Below, piece by piece: positions 13,201 to 26,928 of a DNA stretch of 64,000 nucleotides. This DNA is from Phoronis australis (taxonomy: Eukaryota; Animalia; Phoronida). Both the position numbers and the translations under genes were made by a program. Under the pieces are notes generated by a model. It saw only the letters and a program-made list of their open reading frames with translations. It did no database searches and was not told the origin of the DNA. Position 1 is the first letter of the stretch, and each line of letters opens with the position of its first letter. Where the stretch lies: assembly GCA_002633005.1 (NCBI GenBank), contig NMRA01000302.1, positions 80,589 through 144,588 of the forward strand, given 5' to 3'.

Positions 13201-14250
13201 GGTCTCACGCTCCCTCTTGACAGTCGCTGACAAAGATTTATTCAAGTAATTATGGGCGCATCACAGTCTAGCAATAATTTATAGAAATTATCTCTGTTAC
13301 TATAAATCATTTGTATAATCTAAGAAGATTTGTACTTTCGTTCAAGCGAGATTTAATTATTTTCTCTTAAAATCTGGTTGAAGTGTGAGGCCAACTTTGC
13401 ATTAAACAGACCCAGATGCTTTTTAATCATTAACACTTAAGCTAGAAGCATGCTTCTGTTCTAGGCTTTGGAAATGCCGTGAGCGTACTGAAGGTAACAC
13501 CAGCAGTTGACGACAGTGGTGCCCTCTACCATTGCAAAGTGGACCTTCCAGACAACCCAGCAGTCGTTACGCAAACGATGACGCTAACCTGTAAGTTCTT
13601 CATTTAAACCCTAGGTCGGCCGGGGTCAGTTTCCGTGATCGAGAATATATACGCCGGTATTTTCATTCCATATTGAAATTTGCACTGTACTTGAAAAATA
13701 CGCATTGCCAATATTTCTTATGGTCTGAAAGATGGCAGCAGACATTTCGAATTGACGAGCTTGCAAATTTGTGTGAAGTAACACAGCACATTTTTTATGA
13801 TCATTAAAACCCTTTTGGGTTTCCTTCTAAAAGGGAATTATCAATTTCACTGCCAAAAACACATTTTGGGGAATATTGTTGGACGGGACAGTTAGGGCTG
13901 ACAGGAGCTATGAAACAATAAAAGCTTTTGTTTTTGTATCGCCGTTGTTCGCTAAACTTAGGGTGAAATCTTGACCTGTAATTTGAACAATTAAATGCGC
14001 TTAAAATACATTGCCGTTTACAGTGTGTCGATTTGGATTTAGCTCGGCCGGCAGAGGGTTTTCCTGCCATCGCAAAACTTTCGGGTTAAAGTCCATTTGG
14101 TGAAGCTAATCTTAGAAAATTTCTTTACTCGCCGATAGTATTATGTTTTTAGACAATATTCGTTTTTATTTTACAGTGGGCAACGGATCTTCTCAGCTGA
14201 CCGGAAGCTACCTGGCGACTTTGATAGTAGCATTGGTATTGAGGAGTTAG
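10206..14250 (+). CDS. 243-aa two-Ig-domain (V + C2-like) protein with signal peptide and probable GPI-anchor signal
   Basis: Exons 10206-10254, 10581-10699, 11511-11685, 12504-12692, 13465-13590, 14177-14250 join in frame (732 nt). MKLSIKIFLCTCIIFEGTQA leader, DEGVYEC and DSGALYHC motifs, C-terminus GNGSSQLTGSYLATLIVALVLRS-stop. Confidence 0.85.
11034..11283 (+). mobile_element. MITE family A copy 1 (about 250 bp)
   Basis: Terminal inverted repeats GGGCCTGTTCCAAGAAACTGACTTA / TAAGTCAGTTTTGTTGGAACGGGTCC; homologous inverted copy at 20773-21019. Confidence 0.75.
13089..13200 (-). mobile_element. Truncated copy of MITE family B
   Basis: Reverse complement of 28265-28471 with only two 12-mer units. 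Confidence 0.7.
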
Positions 14251-15559
14251 GATATATTACAGATTTTGCATCAGTGATTTTTCTTGCCCTTGTTTTGTTT
14301 TATTATTCAAAATATTACTGTATATAGCTGGTGAACATTCGTCCACTATCTGTTTCAGTTTAGCGCGACACGAACTATATAGTCATATAATCACTCCATT
14401 TTTTGGGAGTAATTTAATTGCTGACTGGTTTTGCATTTATCTAAATTTAATTTTTTCGAGAAAAAACTAGTATAGGTACGAGATTTGTTCGTTTTGGTGG
14501 TACATGTAGATGTTGGGCAACAAAGACATCTACGGTGGCTTTCCTCGGCCTTCTCGATTTTGTGATACTTCGCTTTCAAACCAGCGCCACCTGCCGTATG
14601 TCGCTCATCGCTAGCTATAAATATTCAATGTTATCAAATTATCCGCGCAATTTCAATGGTTTAAAATCGCGGAAGTTTCAGAAATAAACGGGACACACAA
14701 ATGTCAATTCAATATGATGTGTTTTTTTCTCGTCCCGGACGATGTTTACAGATACCGTAAAAAACCTTAAATTTGTTTACATGTATATCCATTATGGACA
14801 GTGTGATTGTTCTGATCTTTGAAAATCCTGTAAAAATGAAAGATTGTGTGTAATAAAAACCAATCTCCGGTGGGCATGATAAACTGACCACCACTAGAAC
14901 GTCAGCGGCATCAAAATGACAAAGGTGTTCGCGATTGGATCTTTTGATTGTCTATTCCAAAATTTTCATTAGAACTCTTTCGAACAGATGTCGCAACGCT
15001 CTGGTTCGTGGCTAGTTTTAAACACAAGGAGTCGAGTTGCAATTTCCGCTGTAAATCATTGTTGTAAATAAACGTAAGGATCTCTACGGAGAAAATGAAC
15101 GTTGTCTTGCAGTCTCTCCTAAAAGGCACGCACCTTTGTAGTGCAGTCTTTCGAGATAACCAGTGTCCGTTAGCGAAGTTACAAATGTAAGTTCTCATTT
15201 GGTAGTTTACCAACTCTTACATTCCTTGAAAATACAGTGTTCAAAGAAAACTTCGCACAAATTGGATATATAATGGATTGCTCATTCAAATATAAATTTT
15301 ATTTCAAGCAATAGTCATATAAAATAATATGAATAACCCAGACGGCAGATCATTACATATAATACAATTAGAAATTATGCTACACAATATTGAAAAAACA
15401 TATTTTAAAAAAGAACAGAAACAACAAAAACAATGCTACATTTGAACTAAACAAGTTCGTAACTAAGCTGAAAAGAATGAGAAAAAGAGAAGCGGAAATT
15501 TGGTGCGGATGATAATACTAGATTTTAAAGAGAAAATGTCTGTTAAACATTTATCCTGA

Positions 15560-16330
15560 CACACTTGTAAGTACAATTGTGTTTGAAAAATAAGTCACGG
15601 CATTGCTTACATACAGCAAAACATTAACACGGTCAGAAGATTTTTGTAATTGTCAATGAATTAGTTCCCAATATTACATCCTGTAAGGTCACGGAGCGGA
15701 AGAGCAATGACGTGGCATTCCACGAAGAAATGATCTACTGTGTTGATCTCTCCACAGAGACATAATTTGGATGTACCACGGAAATTGTTAATTTTTTGGG
15801 AATTAAGGTAGAGCCCAGATCTTAATTTATTGGCGTAAATTTCTTTAGGGCGTAGTGGACACAATTGCTTCATGCCACACATAGTGGGACTGTAGTCTTT
15901 CTTAAGGTTTGAGAGTAATTGAATGAAATGAGAAATACGTAAGTGATTTTAATTTAACGTTAGTTCTTCTGTTATTACGTTCATATTTATTAAAGAAATA
16001 AATTAGAAGTGTTTTTTATGCAACGAATGACTTTAAAAGAATAAGTAATAAAATGCTGCTTTATAGTAGTGGACAGGGTAACCCAGCTGGATGTATCTGA
16101 TGTTTTTGATTTTACTGGATCTTTTGATAACCACAGTAATAGAAAGGGCGTCCTGGTACTGAAATTGCTCAAACATTATTCATATTAAATTGTACTTTGT
16201 ATGAGACGGTAGCATAATTAAAATGAAGAAATATAAACGAATTATAATTTCGTTCAAAGATGGAGTCTGGATGTATTTGTCTAGATAAAAACTAAATGAT
16301 ATGGAATTTTGGAAGAGTTAACAGCAGTGC
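15560..16330 (-). mobile_element. Degenerate CR1/L2-type LINE 3' end
   Basis: Fragment LRSGLYLNSQK...CLCGEINTVDHFFVEC resembles the ORF2 C-terminal zinc-knuckle region; many stops. Confidence 0.55.
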
Positions 16331-16553
16331 TTGTTCATACTAAGTCGGTCACCAATGAGAGCACCACGTCCACGGTGTCTCTAGGATGTTGTTTTACGAG
16401 GAATAACATTACCCTCAAGTGACAGGTTTCGTGAAATGTTGTCGTAGAACCGTGTTTTTTTAATTTTTTTAAAACTTGTTTACAATACCACAAAAAGACA
16501 AAGAACACCACAGACACACACNTTATATTCTTTGATGAAGTTAAAAAATCTAC

Positions 16554-17940
16554 TTAGAAGTAATCTTTTTTATTCAAACTTTTGAGTATAAATAAACTGC
16601 TTACCCAATAATAAAACAATGTTTTTAAATTTTTCTTTTTATCAAAAAAGCCAAAAATAACGTTGTTGCAGGAGAGAGTGCCGATACACTGGGAATTTGC
16701 TTTGTTTAGAATTTCGTTATTAACTTTTGTCCAAAATGAATTTACTGTTTCACATTCCCAAAATAAGGGTTTCAAAGTCTCTTTCGATTGTCCACAAAAG
16801 GAACAAGAGTCGTCATCCGTAACTTGAATTGTTTTTAAAAATGAGTTAGTAGTCAAAATTCTCGTCAAGAGTCTGAACTGAAGCCATCTAATTCTTGGGT
16901 GTCTTGTTGTGTTATATAGAAGGTAATAAACATCTTCCCATGAAAAATTAGTAGTGTTTACGTTCAGTTCGTTGACACATTTTGACTCCGCTTTTGAGAC
17001 TTTGGAACTATAATTTAATTGTGTACAAATATGTCGACACCCTCTCCCACCACTTTTCGTTGACATAACAGGACAGTACGCACCAAAACTAACAACTCTA
17101 TCAATACCACATTTCTGTTGGTAATTAAATATCACTGAAATTAGATTATTATACTCCATAAAGTTCTTTTTGATACCTGAAATATCCACAATAAATCTAT
17201 AGTTCAAAATATTACCGTCTGGGGAAAACAAGTCCTTTATAAAGACTATGCCTCTATTGCACCAGTTCCTGTAGAAAATGCTTTTTGCTCCTGCCTGTAG
17301 ATCACTGCTAAACCATAAAAGTTGGTTAAGAAAATCTGATTTTTGATCTTCAAACAATTTCTAAAGGAGATTACACATTCAAAAAATCTTTCCAGAGGTG
17401 ATTGTCAATATTATGTAACTTTATCTTGAGAAAGTCAACTCCGTACTTAGCGAAATTTCTAAATTCAGGAAAAATCAAATGAAACAAACCGGTAGTCTTA
17501 GACTGACCGTTTACAAATTTTGTTAACACGTTAATCTTTAAAGCCTTACAGAATGAAAATATGTTAATCATTCTGATACCTCCCTCATTATAATTACAAA
17601 CAGCTCGGGAGCGCTTACTTGTGCCACTGCGACCTTGCCAGAGGAATTTAAAAAACATTGAGTTCAGTTTTTCTAGAATATATTTCGAAGGTTGTGGCAA
17701 GAATATCAGAAAATGTACAGTTTTTAAAACCGCCTTGATTACTGTAATCCTCTCGAAAGGCGTCAAAATTCTTTTGGACCAATTTTTCAAAATGAATTCA
17801 ATATCTTTCATTTTCGCCAAGTAATTCTGATCTGCCATATCATGTAAGCTGACTTGGAAATTAATCCCCAAGAACATCAAATTTGTTTTGGTCCATGATA
17901 ACTTTTCCCTGACAGGAATTTTTTCAGCACTGTTCTCCAT
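16554..17940 (-). mobile_element. Tx1/L1-clade LINE ORF2 C-terminal fragment (post-RT region and zf-RVT), frameshifted
   Basis: FLGI, WSKRILTPFERITVIK, FFKFLW, YNEGGIRMINI, LQFRLLTRILTTN, CSFCGQSKETLKPLFWEC motifs in ORFs 17940-17371 and 17357-16554. Confidence 0.9.
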
Positions 17941-18029
17941 GCTGCCAATTTTTTTTGATGAGAAAGCAATATCAGTTCCTATACGTTATTTGCCATTTTT
18001 GGACCAGAGTGCAATCTCATTCATACCTG

Positions 18030-18175
18030 GGACATGAAAGAACATAGAAGTGTCGTCCGAAAATAGTTATGTTTTACAGTTAGGATCATCAGGATGATGA
18101 TTTATGATTAAAAGAAACAAGAGAGGCTCAAGGACGCCCTCTGGAGGCACACCTGCATCAACGCTGTCCTCTTTG
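18030..18175 (-). mobile_element. CR1/L2-type reverse transcriptase fragment
   Basis: AGVPPEGVLEPLLFLLIIN...LFSDDTSMF is a decayed GVPQGSVLGPLLFL..IND...LFADDT. Confidence 0.75.
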
Positions 18176-18210
18176 AGTTCACTAGACATATAACGGGTCA
18201 TGGATGAATC

Positions 18211-19234
18211 ATTACCTTTCACGTGTTTTTCACTGTCCCTTCATTGGCATTTTTGTTTTGATGTTGTTTTTTAATTTTCCTTTTACCACCTTTACTTTCG
18301 GTAAACTTGATCTTATGAAGGAAGACGAGAAAATAAAACAAAGAAGGCTCATAATTTCATTTTTTTAAGAAAACGATATTATTTTGAAATTGTTCACGAT
18401 ATTATTTTGAAATTATTAAAATCTAGCATTTTGCTGTACACTATACGAATTTCGTAAGCAACGTATTCCATTGGCGAAGTAAAATGTTGTCTTGTTATCA
18501 TTTCTCTTTCGCTATAAAAATAATTTCGGGCGGTCTTGTATAAGTTGTGCACAGGTTGCTCAGGCTGCTCAGGTGGCCCATTGCACTGATCACCTGAAAC
18601 CATTTTTATGTTATATTAATATAACTAAAACCGGGCTGAGGAGCAAGAGACAAGACTCAAGGGTCCATAACAGTGCCCCAGTCAAGAGTGAAACTCAAAT
18701 CCACGACCTTGAGTAAAGGACNATTACCTTTCACGTGTTTTTCATTGTCCCTTCATTGGCATTTTTTGTTTTGATGTTGTTTTTTAATTTTCCTTTTACC
18801 ACCTTTACTTTCGGTAAACTTGATCTTATGAAGGAAGACGAGAAAATAAAACAAAGAAGGCTCATAATTTCATTTTTTTAAGAAAACGATATTATTTTGA
18901 AATTGTTCACCATATTATTTTGAAATTATTAAAATCTAGCATTTTGCTGTACACTATACGAATTTCGTAAGCAACGTATTCCATTGGCGAAGTAAAATGT
19001 TGTCTTGTTATCATTTCTCTTTCGCTATAAAAATAATTTCGGGCGGTCTTGTATAAGTTGTGCACAGGTTGCTCAGGCTGCTCAGGTGGCCCATTGCACT
19101 GATCACCTGAAACCATTTTTATGTTATATTAATATAACTAAAACCGGGCTGAGGAGCAAGAGACAAGACTCAAGGGTCCATAACAGTGCCCCAGTCAAGA
19201 GTGAAACTCAAATCCACGACCTTGAGTAAAGGAC
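18211..19234. repeat. Near-identical direct duplication of about 510 bp split by an N (probable assembly overlap), containing a SINE-like segment
   Basis: 18211-18721 and 18723-19234 differ by a few bases; N at 18722 sits at the junction. Segment 18575-18716 is homologous to 48905-49210. Confidence 0.85.
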
Positions 19235-20772
19235 GCGGGACTTAAATATCCCAGTAGGCCTAACTAAGTACCCTTTTTCACTTTTATGCACAAGACAAGA
19301 CACTTTTTCATTTCATTGTGCAGAGAAGCTTTATTGATGGTCTGTATTTTAAGCACACTCTGAAATATTCCGTCTGCGAGTCAGCTTTTTCACAGTACAG
19401 GTGTAGCTATTGTGCAAGCAATTATGAAGTCCTGGATCCCCTAAAGAGTTCCCATTTGATTTTTTCAATCTCAAAAGTGTTTGATCCCTTGCACTATGCA
19501 TTAAGAGACTTGAAAAGATCCTGAAAATAACCGCCACTCAGTTTTGTCCCGAAACACTTCCTACATGTAAAAGAGAATAGCTAGTGTGACTGAATGTACC
19601 TTCAATTTGTCGTTGTGTAAAACCAAAAAGCGGCATGAATACATATAATAAAACAAATAGTGGTAAAAATGTCTCTTGGTTGAGAGTGAAATAACGCTAA
19701 ATTGAATAATAATAATAGCCAGATGATATGCAGGTTAAGTGCTCTAATATTTGATATAATTGCACAATTTTATATAAACAGTCACGTTTTCGTTTTTTGT
19801 GATTTAAAAGTATACTTTCCGTGTTTGTTTGTATTGGGCCGTGCACGTGTTTTCATACGAAACATCGCGGACACAAGGTGGCCACCTGTATATTATGAAA
19901 GGGAATAATAGTTATAAAAAGAGTCGGGTGTTGAATTGGATTGTTCAGTTAAACGACGGATGGGTCCCAACCATTAGCAAAAAATTACAAAGGCATATTG
20001 CCATTTCAAAATTATCATAGCAAACATTACCACGCTTGTTATGTAAAACCATAGTTGAACAATAAGGAGTTTGGTACAGGATTCTCGAACCAAGCATTAG
20101 CCTCGCTATAGCCTCCAGCGACCAGTCGCCGTCGCGCAAAAAGCAACTGACTTGGTTACGTGATGCTTCAGCTCACAGAGTAGAGAAAACATCAGAATGT
20201 GTCGGCTAAAAACAACGCAGCTCAGATAACGAATAAAAATGTCACAATGTTCCCCCGAAAACTATCCATGCCTCATATACTCTGTGCAAAATATATTTCT
20301 ATTTAAAGCAACTCGCAGTGTCGTGCACTTTTCAAATAGCCTCGACGCATCGCTTGTTGACCGTCCTACCCACAAAACCAACACTTCCATGTGGGCAGAA
20401 AACTGATGTTAGCAAGAAGAGCCGTGTTTGTTTTAAGGTTAAGAAATTTGTTTAAAAATGCGGCTCACGTTTTGTTTGTAAAGTAACACGTCTTTTCAAA
20501 AAAGACTTAGAGTGACATTTGCACAGATTTTGACACTTCTTTTGTATAGGAAACAATACACGTTTAAGGTTGTGACAAATAAACGTTTAAAATTAGATGT
20601 CCTTATTGTGTGTGCATTTTACGCTCCTGGCGCCAGCGGCTGCCGACTCTTAAATCATACATTTGTTTTGGTAACGGATTGAAAAATATCTTCGTTTAAA
20701 TATTTACGTTTTAAAAACCAGTGGTACCATTTTGTTATGTTACAGTTACTATAGGACTATCATTAAAGACCT

Positions 20773-21019
20773 GGGCCCCGTTTCAAGAAAATTGACTTAG
20801 CTAAGACAGGTCTTAACTTTCAGTCAATTTTAAGACTTAAATCTGTCGCATGATCATTTCAAAAAGAGATCTTATGTTATGTTCGACTTAAATTTTTAAC
20901 TTAACTTTTGTCTTAATTTTGACTATCTTATCAGATGTAGACGTTTTAAAGTTCGGAATTTGAGACAAATCTTAGACTAAGTCAAAAATGAACTTAAGTC
21001 AGATTCTTGGAACAGGCCC
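20773..21019 (-). mobile_element. MITE family A copy 2
   Basis: Inverted homolog of 11034-11283 with the same TIRs. Confidence 0.75.
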
Positions 21020-24000
21020 TTAATTTCAACATATCGGACTCGTAATTTCGTAACTGAGATACAGTCATCTTTTACATCCCAAAATTCATAACAGTTTGAA
21101 TAAAGTGGATAGTTGTAATTCTACCGCGAGATACATGTATCTCTTCAAGCAAATGCTACGCAGTTGCCTACAAGAACCAAAGACGTTATCTCTAGGCTTT
21201 TCAGGAACGTACGTCGTCGTTTTATCGCAGCAGAATCGCTCGAGTAACAACTAAAACAAGAGATCACTAAATACACCTTGTGGTAAATTAATCCCGGTGA
21301 ATTACTTACCTTTGTTTGGATTCCATTTTTTACTCTGTGTACAGTAACGTCGTGAAAAGGATATTCTATCCCCAACAAACTAAAGGAGAAACAGTCTTCT
21401 GGCTTACAGTCTAGACAAGAGTAGTCGGATTAAATAAAAACTTATGTTAAACATTTAGAAAGGCTAATGTTCTGTTAAGTTGAGATGTCAGATGGTTCTT
21501 TCCTTGTCAATAGATTAAATACATCTTTATATGCCAACACAGTAAAAGAATACCAGTCATTAGAAAAGATAGTACGCCTATTGTTCTCTAAGACTACGTC
21601 AGGCATTAGTGGGTGTGGATGGCTATTTTTGCAACTATCTCAAACTAGTTGGTGTGACGGAGTATTGACGGTAATGGCATGTAGAGTATTTTAATACGTA
21701 GAACAACAATTCATTTGGCATTTTGATTTTGTTTTTCAATATGTGCACTATGTTTTAGTCACAACGGTGATACATGTTGATTCGCTGAAGAGTTTGTACA
21801 CGCGTTTCAGTGAGTGGTGGATTGAAAAGTGTCCCTGGCTTGTGAACCAATATCAAACTACATAAATCTCAATCATCACCCGGTATAGTGTCTAAGAGCT
21901 GGGGGGAGGGGTGGTGTACCAGGGGCTTGAAATCCCCTCGAGTAGGACGACGAAAAAAAACAAAATAAAAATTAAAAGAGGTCGCCGACGTCAAAACAAA
22001 ACAGCGAATCCTTCTTTTCTGAGACAATGGTTAAAATGTGATCACATTAAAATCGACCTGTAGAGCTACAGGAAAGTTACAGACATGTCTTTCATGTTAA
22101 TACTTTTTCCTTTGGGAATTCGCTGCGTTCATATCAAAATAAAATTTCTATATTCAAAAAATTTTTGTGTTGCAATTCTCTGCTTAATCCTGTTAAATTA
22201 ACCCAGGTGTTCGTTCTGTTTTCAAAGGTGCGGTAAAACGTTTCGTCTTCAAAATGACGGAATAAAAGAACGAAGATCACACACCTAATGTACCAATAGA
22301 GCAGGAGCTTTGATGTTTTCAGGAAAAACCAACTTACAACAAACATTCACAAAACAAACACAGGGTTCATGGATTCGGTGGTCTTAAGGACAAATATCGT
22401 TACAATATCTATAATTATGCACACAAACACCAATGTTGCACTTCCATGAATGAGCGCAAAATTCGTGAGAATGTTTGACCAATAAAAACTTCCTTTCTCT
22501 GTTTAGATAGGTGTGTGCAGTGTTAGCGATATCGAGCTATGTTACAAGTCATTTAACATTTGATATGACTAGGTCTTGTGGAGATTAAAAACAACAGCGT
22601 TATAGTGGTAAATAACGAGCAATAATGAAGTGACGTTATACACTTAAATACATGTACGTGTATTCAGTGTTTGGAAGATGTAAGATTGACATGCCGATAC
22701 ATGAAAATGTGTTGAAGTTTAAAGATGTGTCACTTGGTTGCAACAAAAGGATTATATGTTTGTTTAGTCAGGGATTCTTGATGTTTTCTCTCACATCATT
22801 CGATGTTTACTTTTCTATATCTATAACGTGTCTGCGTGCAAAAGGTTACTTTCACCCAGCAAACAGATATTAGTTCCAAAAGTATCCATACGAAAAAGGG
22901 GGTTTCGATTCGATCAAACGGTAATTACGATTTCACTGCACAGTGCAGAGAATCATTCAGTTTCATAATGCATCATTTTCATCTCTTTATACATTTAACA
23001 GTTTCTGTACTACACAAATACAATTACTCAAATTTTATTAACCGAGAGCAAAGGCGTCATATTTCAACATGACGCGAAAAGCAACTATTACTGTGTACAC
23101 GCCCGGTGCGACGTCACACCTTCAAGTGTTGAAAAAAATTGTTGAAGTGCTCCCGATGTCGGTTAACGTAGGTTCACGCTGTCCTACATGTAGTTGAAGA
23201 TTTGTAATAGTGTTGCAACGATTAGACAACTTGTCACCGACATCAAAGCTAAAGAAAAACAGAATCGAAATCGACTCCATGACACTGGAAACGAGTTCTT
23301 GATCTCGAAAAAAAAATCAAAAATGTACGTAAATCAGGCGAAGTCTCCTCATTTGCACCAAAATCTCCGTCTAGCATTGCTAAAAGATCCTAAATCATAT
23401 AAACGGCGCGAAGTCTGCACGGACGCGTGTGAATTGTCATATAGCGTAGGGCACTATAATGCACGAACAAATTCGGCCTGGTGTTGCCGATCGAGACACG
23501 CTCACAGAATGTCGACTGATGAGTCCCAGGAACAGCTTATCAAAGTGAACAGTCTTTCCAGACCCTGTGATTATGTCATTCAAAACCTACTCAGAATCGA
23601 ACATCGAGTCGAAAAAAGTTTCCAATTAATCGATTCTGAAAGAAATCGCAATCCTCGCCACCAGAAATACACATGTGCAACCAAAACTATTGTAACTATA
23701 AGATAATTCTTCATGATTACTGGCAGTGCAATTGCTGGTATCAAAAAGGACAATTACACACGTCTATGTTTACCCACCAATGAAGTAGTCATATACACGA
23801 CTTTTGTCAAAAGATTAACTTTTAATTTAGACCGCTTAGCGATGTAAAACTAAGCTTAAATTTTTCCTACAAAATTTAGCTAGCTTGGCCCGGAAGAACT
23901 GGGTATTCGTTATTGCTTGACGCCACGCTGGTCTCATAAAATGACGCACTGGCTCAAACCATCACGTTAGCCTCGCTTCCGAGCAATAATGGACTATAAG

Positions 24001-26928
24001 TTCTTACTAAGCCAAGGAATTACGTCTAATGTTAGTAACAGAAAAGTGGATAAAACTTTTACAACAAGAAGTTGTCTAAACCAACAGTTATTTAATAGAA
24101 AATGGGTTTTAAACAGTTTTTCATTTAGATTTAAATGATTTAATTTTCGTGTCGAATATTGTATACTCATAGTAACAATTTTGTGATTTTCATATTGTCG
24201 ACAAGCCTTCAAAATTATGAATTAAATCTCAACAAAAAGCGTATCCGGGTAGAGAAAACTGAGTACAAGCTGTGTATATTTATTTTCTCCAAATGTCAGT
24301 TTTCTTTTAAAAACAGCCCGTGGCGCTTCACTCCCTGACACCGCGTTTTAACGTTCAGTTTGTCAAATCCGACGAATCTCCGAATGATGGATGACTATCC
24401 ATTATTGTTCCAAATAATAACTGATTAACGACTTTGAAGAAACGCTGACAATAAGTAAGATCTATTACAACAATTAACAGCAGGGAGTTGTTATTAAAAC
24501 ATTCAAACATGGGGCGATTCAATAACAGTTAAACGTCAAGTAATTACTGTGGCTGAATATATCAAGTACACAGTTACGAGACTATAACCCAACATCATTC
24601 AACTCCTTGGTTTCCCTTTAGTGAGTTCCAGACTTGATAGACGGGTTTAAATCCAAGAAGACTTCGTGTAGGGTATAAACATCGATGTATTGCTGTTCAA
24701 TGTTATTGTTTCACAATATCACATTTTCGAAATCGCAAGACCAGAAACAAAATCACAAAACAACTGATTGGTTCACAGTCTGAGGTTTACACGTTAATTA
24801 ATTGTGCATTTTCTTCGTGATGGGCCTAGACACGACGCTTACGAAATACCGTATGTAGTCCAATTCTAACACAATTGCCTAAAATTCTTTACAGGGGTTT
24901 CTACCTATGAACAAACTAAGGAGGCGGACTAACTTTTCTGTCAACGGTTGGCCTAAGCTATCAAAATGACTTTTCATCACTCCTGTTTTTGCAATGATGT
25001 TTGAGCGATCTTTTCCAGAATAGAAATCGTTAACTATCATCTGATAGCTTTGATTTGACACATCCTTTGGTGTTGATTTACCAGGCATGCGTTGCGTAGA
25101 CGCAAGGCATTCGCGAGTAAAGCTGATGTGATCGTGTGCTTGGGTAATTAAGAATAGCACCGTATCACGCAATGACTTGTGTGGAACTCGCTTCTGTCGG
25201 TTTATAAGAAAGTGGTAACGACTACATTGGTTTCAAACGGGCGGCGCGTACAGTTGGGTGATACGGTGTACCACGTGGAGTACGCCGAACTTACACTGCC
25301 ACACTCTAGCCTTCGCGTACTTCCGGTGCAAAGCTCTGAATACAGAAACTGTGCAGTTGTGCCCACGTCAACGCAAATCTACGCACGTCTATGTACAATG
25401 TTACGCTAGGCTACGGTACAGTGGCGGATTTGGGGAGGGGGGGTGCAAGGGGGCCATGCCTCCCTACCCCTAAAACTCTCCCCGATACCATTTGGGAGTT
25501 CGGGGCACGGTGCGAATTACTGAGTAGCATATGCGCGCACCCGAGGCGTTCAGGGGGTGAATGCACAAAGCATAGGACCTGAACAAACCCCGTTTACCGT
25601 TTTTTTAGTAATAAGGTCCACAAACCCAAAAATTCGAGAACCCCGCGTCCCTATACATTTTAGGCTGGGCGCCGCATGTGGCGAAATTCTGGTTACTCCT
25701 GCGCCCTGGCCCACGTAACTCAAAATCCTGTATCCGCTCCTGCAGTATGCCCTGTGTACGCAATAGTATGCAAATCCACGCCAGTCCAAAGAAAACGTCA
25801 TCTTATGCAGAGATTATGCCGAACAGCGTGCAGTAAGGTTGTTTCATTCAGTGGAATTTGGCGTGCTCGCTACTTGATCTACGCAGGCCCAATCCGCCCT
25901 TTAACGAAATATCTCTGCTGGAGTTTTCGTTTTTGCAACTAACGGTGTTCCACACAAGGTTTGCGTAGAGATGTGCAGCGTACTCGAAATAAGGCTAAGT
26001 ACTTGTGAAAAATTGCTTTCAGCAGGACCGACGTAGCCCTTAGTTGACAGATTAAGCAGAAGCTGCGACTTCGTTGAACAGGCGTACGGCATAAGGCGTT
26101 GTGCAGATGTTGTGTACAGTAGTGTGGCGTGGCGTAGACTTGCATAGAATTGTGTAGACTTGCTACAAAACTGCGCTTTAGAACTGCGTTCAGTGCTCTA
26201 CGCATAACTCAGCAGTCCTTTGCTTTCCTTGGACTATTGCCGCAAGGAACAGAGTGTGAATCGCGTAGCGCAGAGTAATCTCGGCATATTTGTACGCTAA
26301 ACTTTACAACTTAACACAAGCCGAGTGTGAGACCTCTTTATTGAAAGGAACGTAGGATCTGGAGTCTAGATGATTGTTAATTCCTTTTGAGCACCCAACC
26401 TTTAATATGGGGGAGCGGATCGAATTTCGGACGATGTGGACCTTTTAGCGACAAAAAAGCCGAAGGACCAAAAAAAGGGTACCACGTCCAGGGGTGTGGA
26501 TTGTGCGTTTGAGACTTTTTAGTGGACTTTTTGTCTCGTTTTCTCGGACTTTTTGTTTCTCTAAGGCGGATCTTTTTGTCCACTTCGCCAAAGGGGGGAG
26601 GCTCGTTCAAGCTCCCCGAGCTCCCCAGTGGGTGCGCGCATGCAGTGGACGTGGCCGAAGGCTAATACGCGTGCTAGCACACCCTAGTGTTCGAAATACT
26701 TGAATTTTATTGTGTGAACACGGCACTATAAGTACAAGGAACAAAGTCTTTCTGTTGGCCTTCTATTTTACGGAAGTTTTACAATTCAGTCAATCATATT
26801 TCAGTAAACAAAACGAGTTTGGCAACGAAGAAGAAATTAGTGCAAATTTATAAAATAAATAGCATTAACAAATTATTTACAAACCACAGAAATCGCACTG
26901 TTCAAGAATAATGTATACATGTAATTGT

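Noticed and set aside
14582-14596. CTCF-like site forming a convergent loop with the 47-kb array around DMRTA
   Set aside because: The site is on - and the array on +, which is divergent and not convergent; single partial match.
18211-19234. Recent tandem duplication
   Set aside because: The N lies exactly at the junction and the copies are nearly identical, which points to overlapping contig ends or haplotypes.
23194-23706. 170-aa ORF and a CTGATGAGTCCC hammerhead-like start at about 23516
   Set aside because: Non-ATG start, no recognisable domain or splice context; no stem II closure or GAAA after the CTGATGA.
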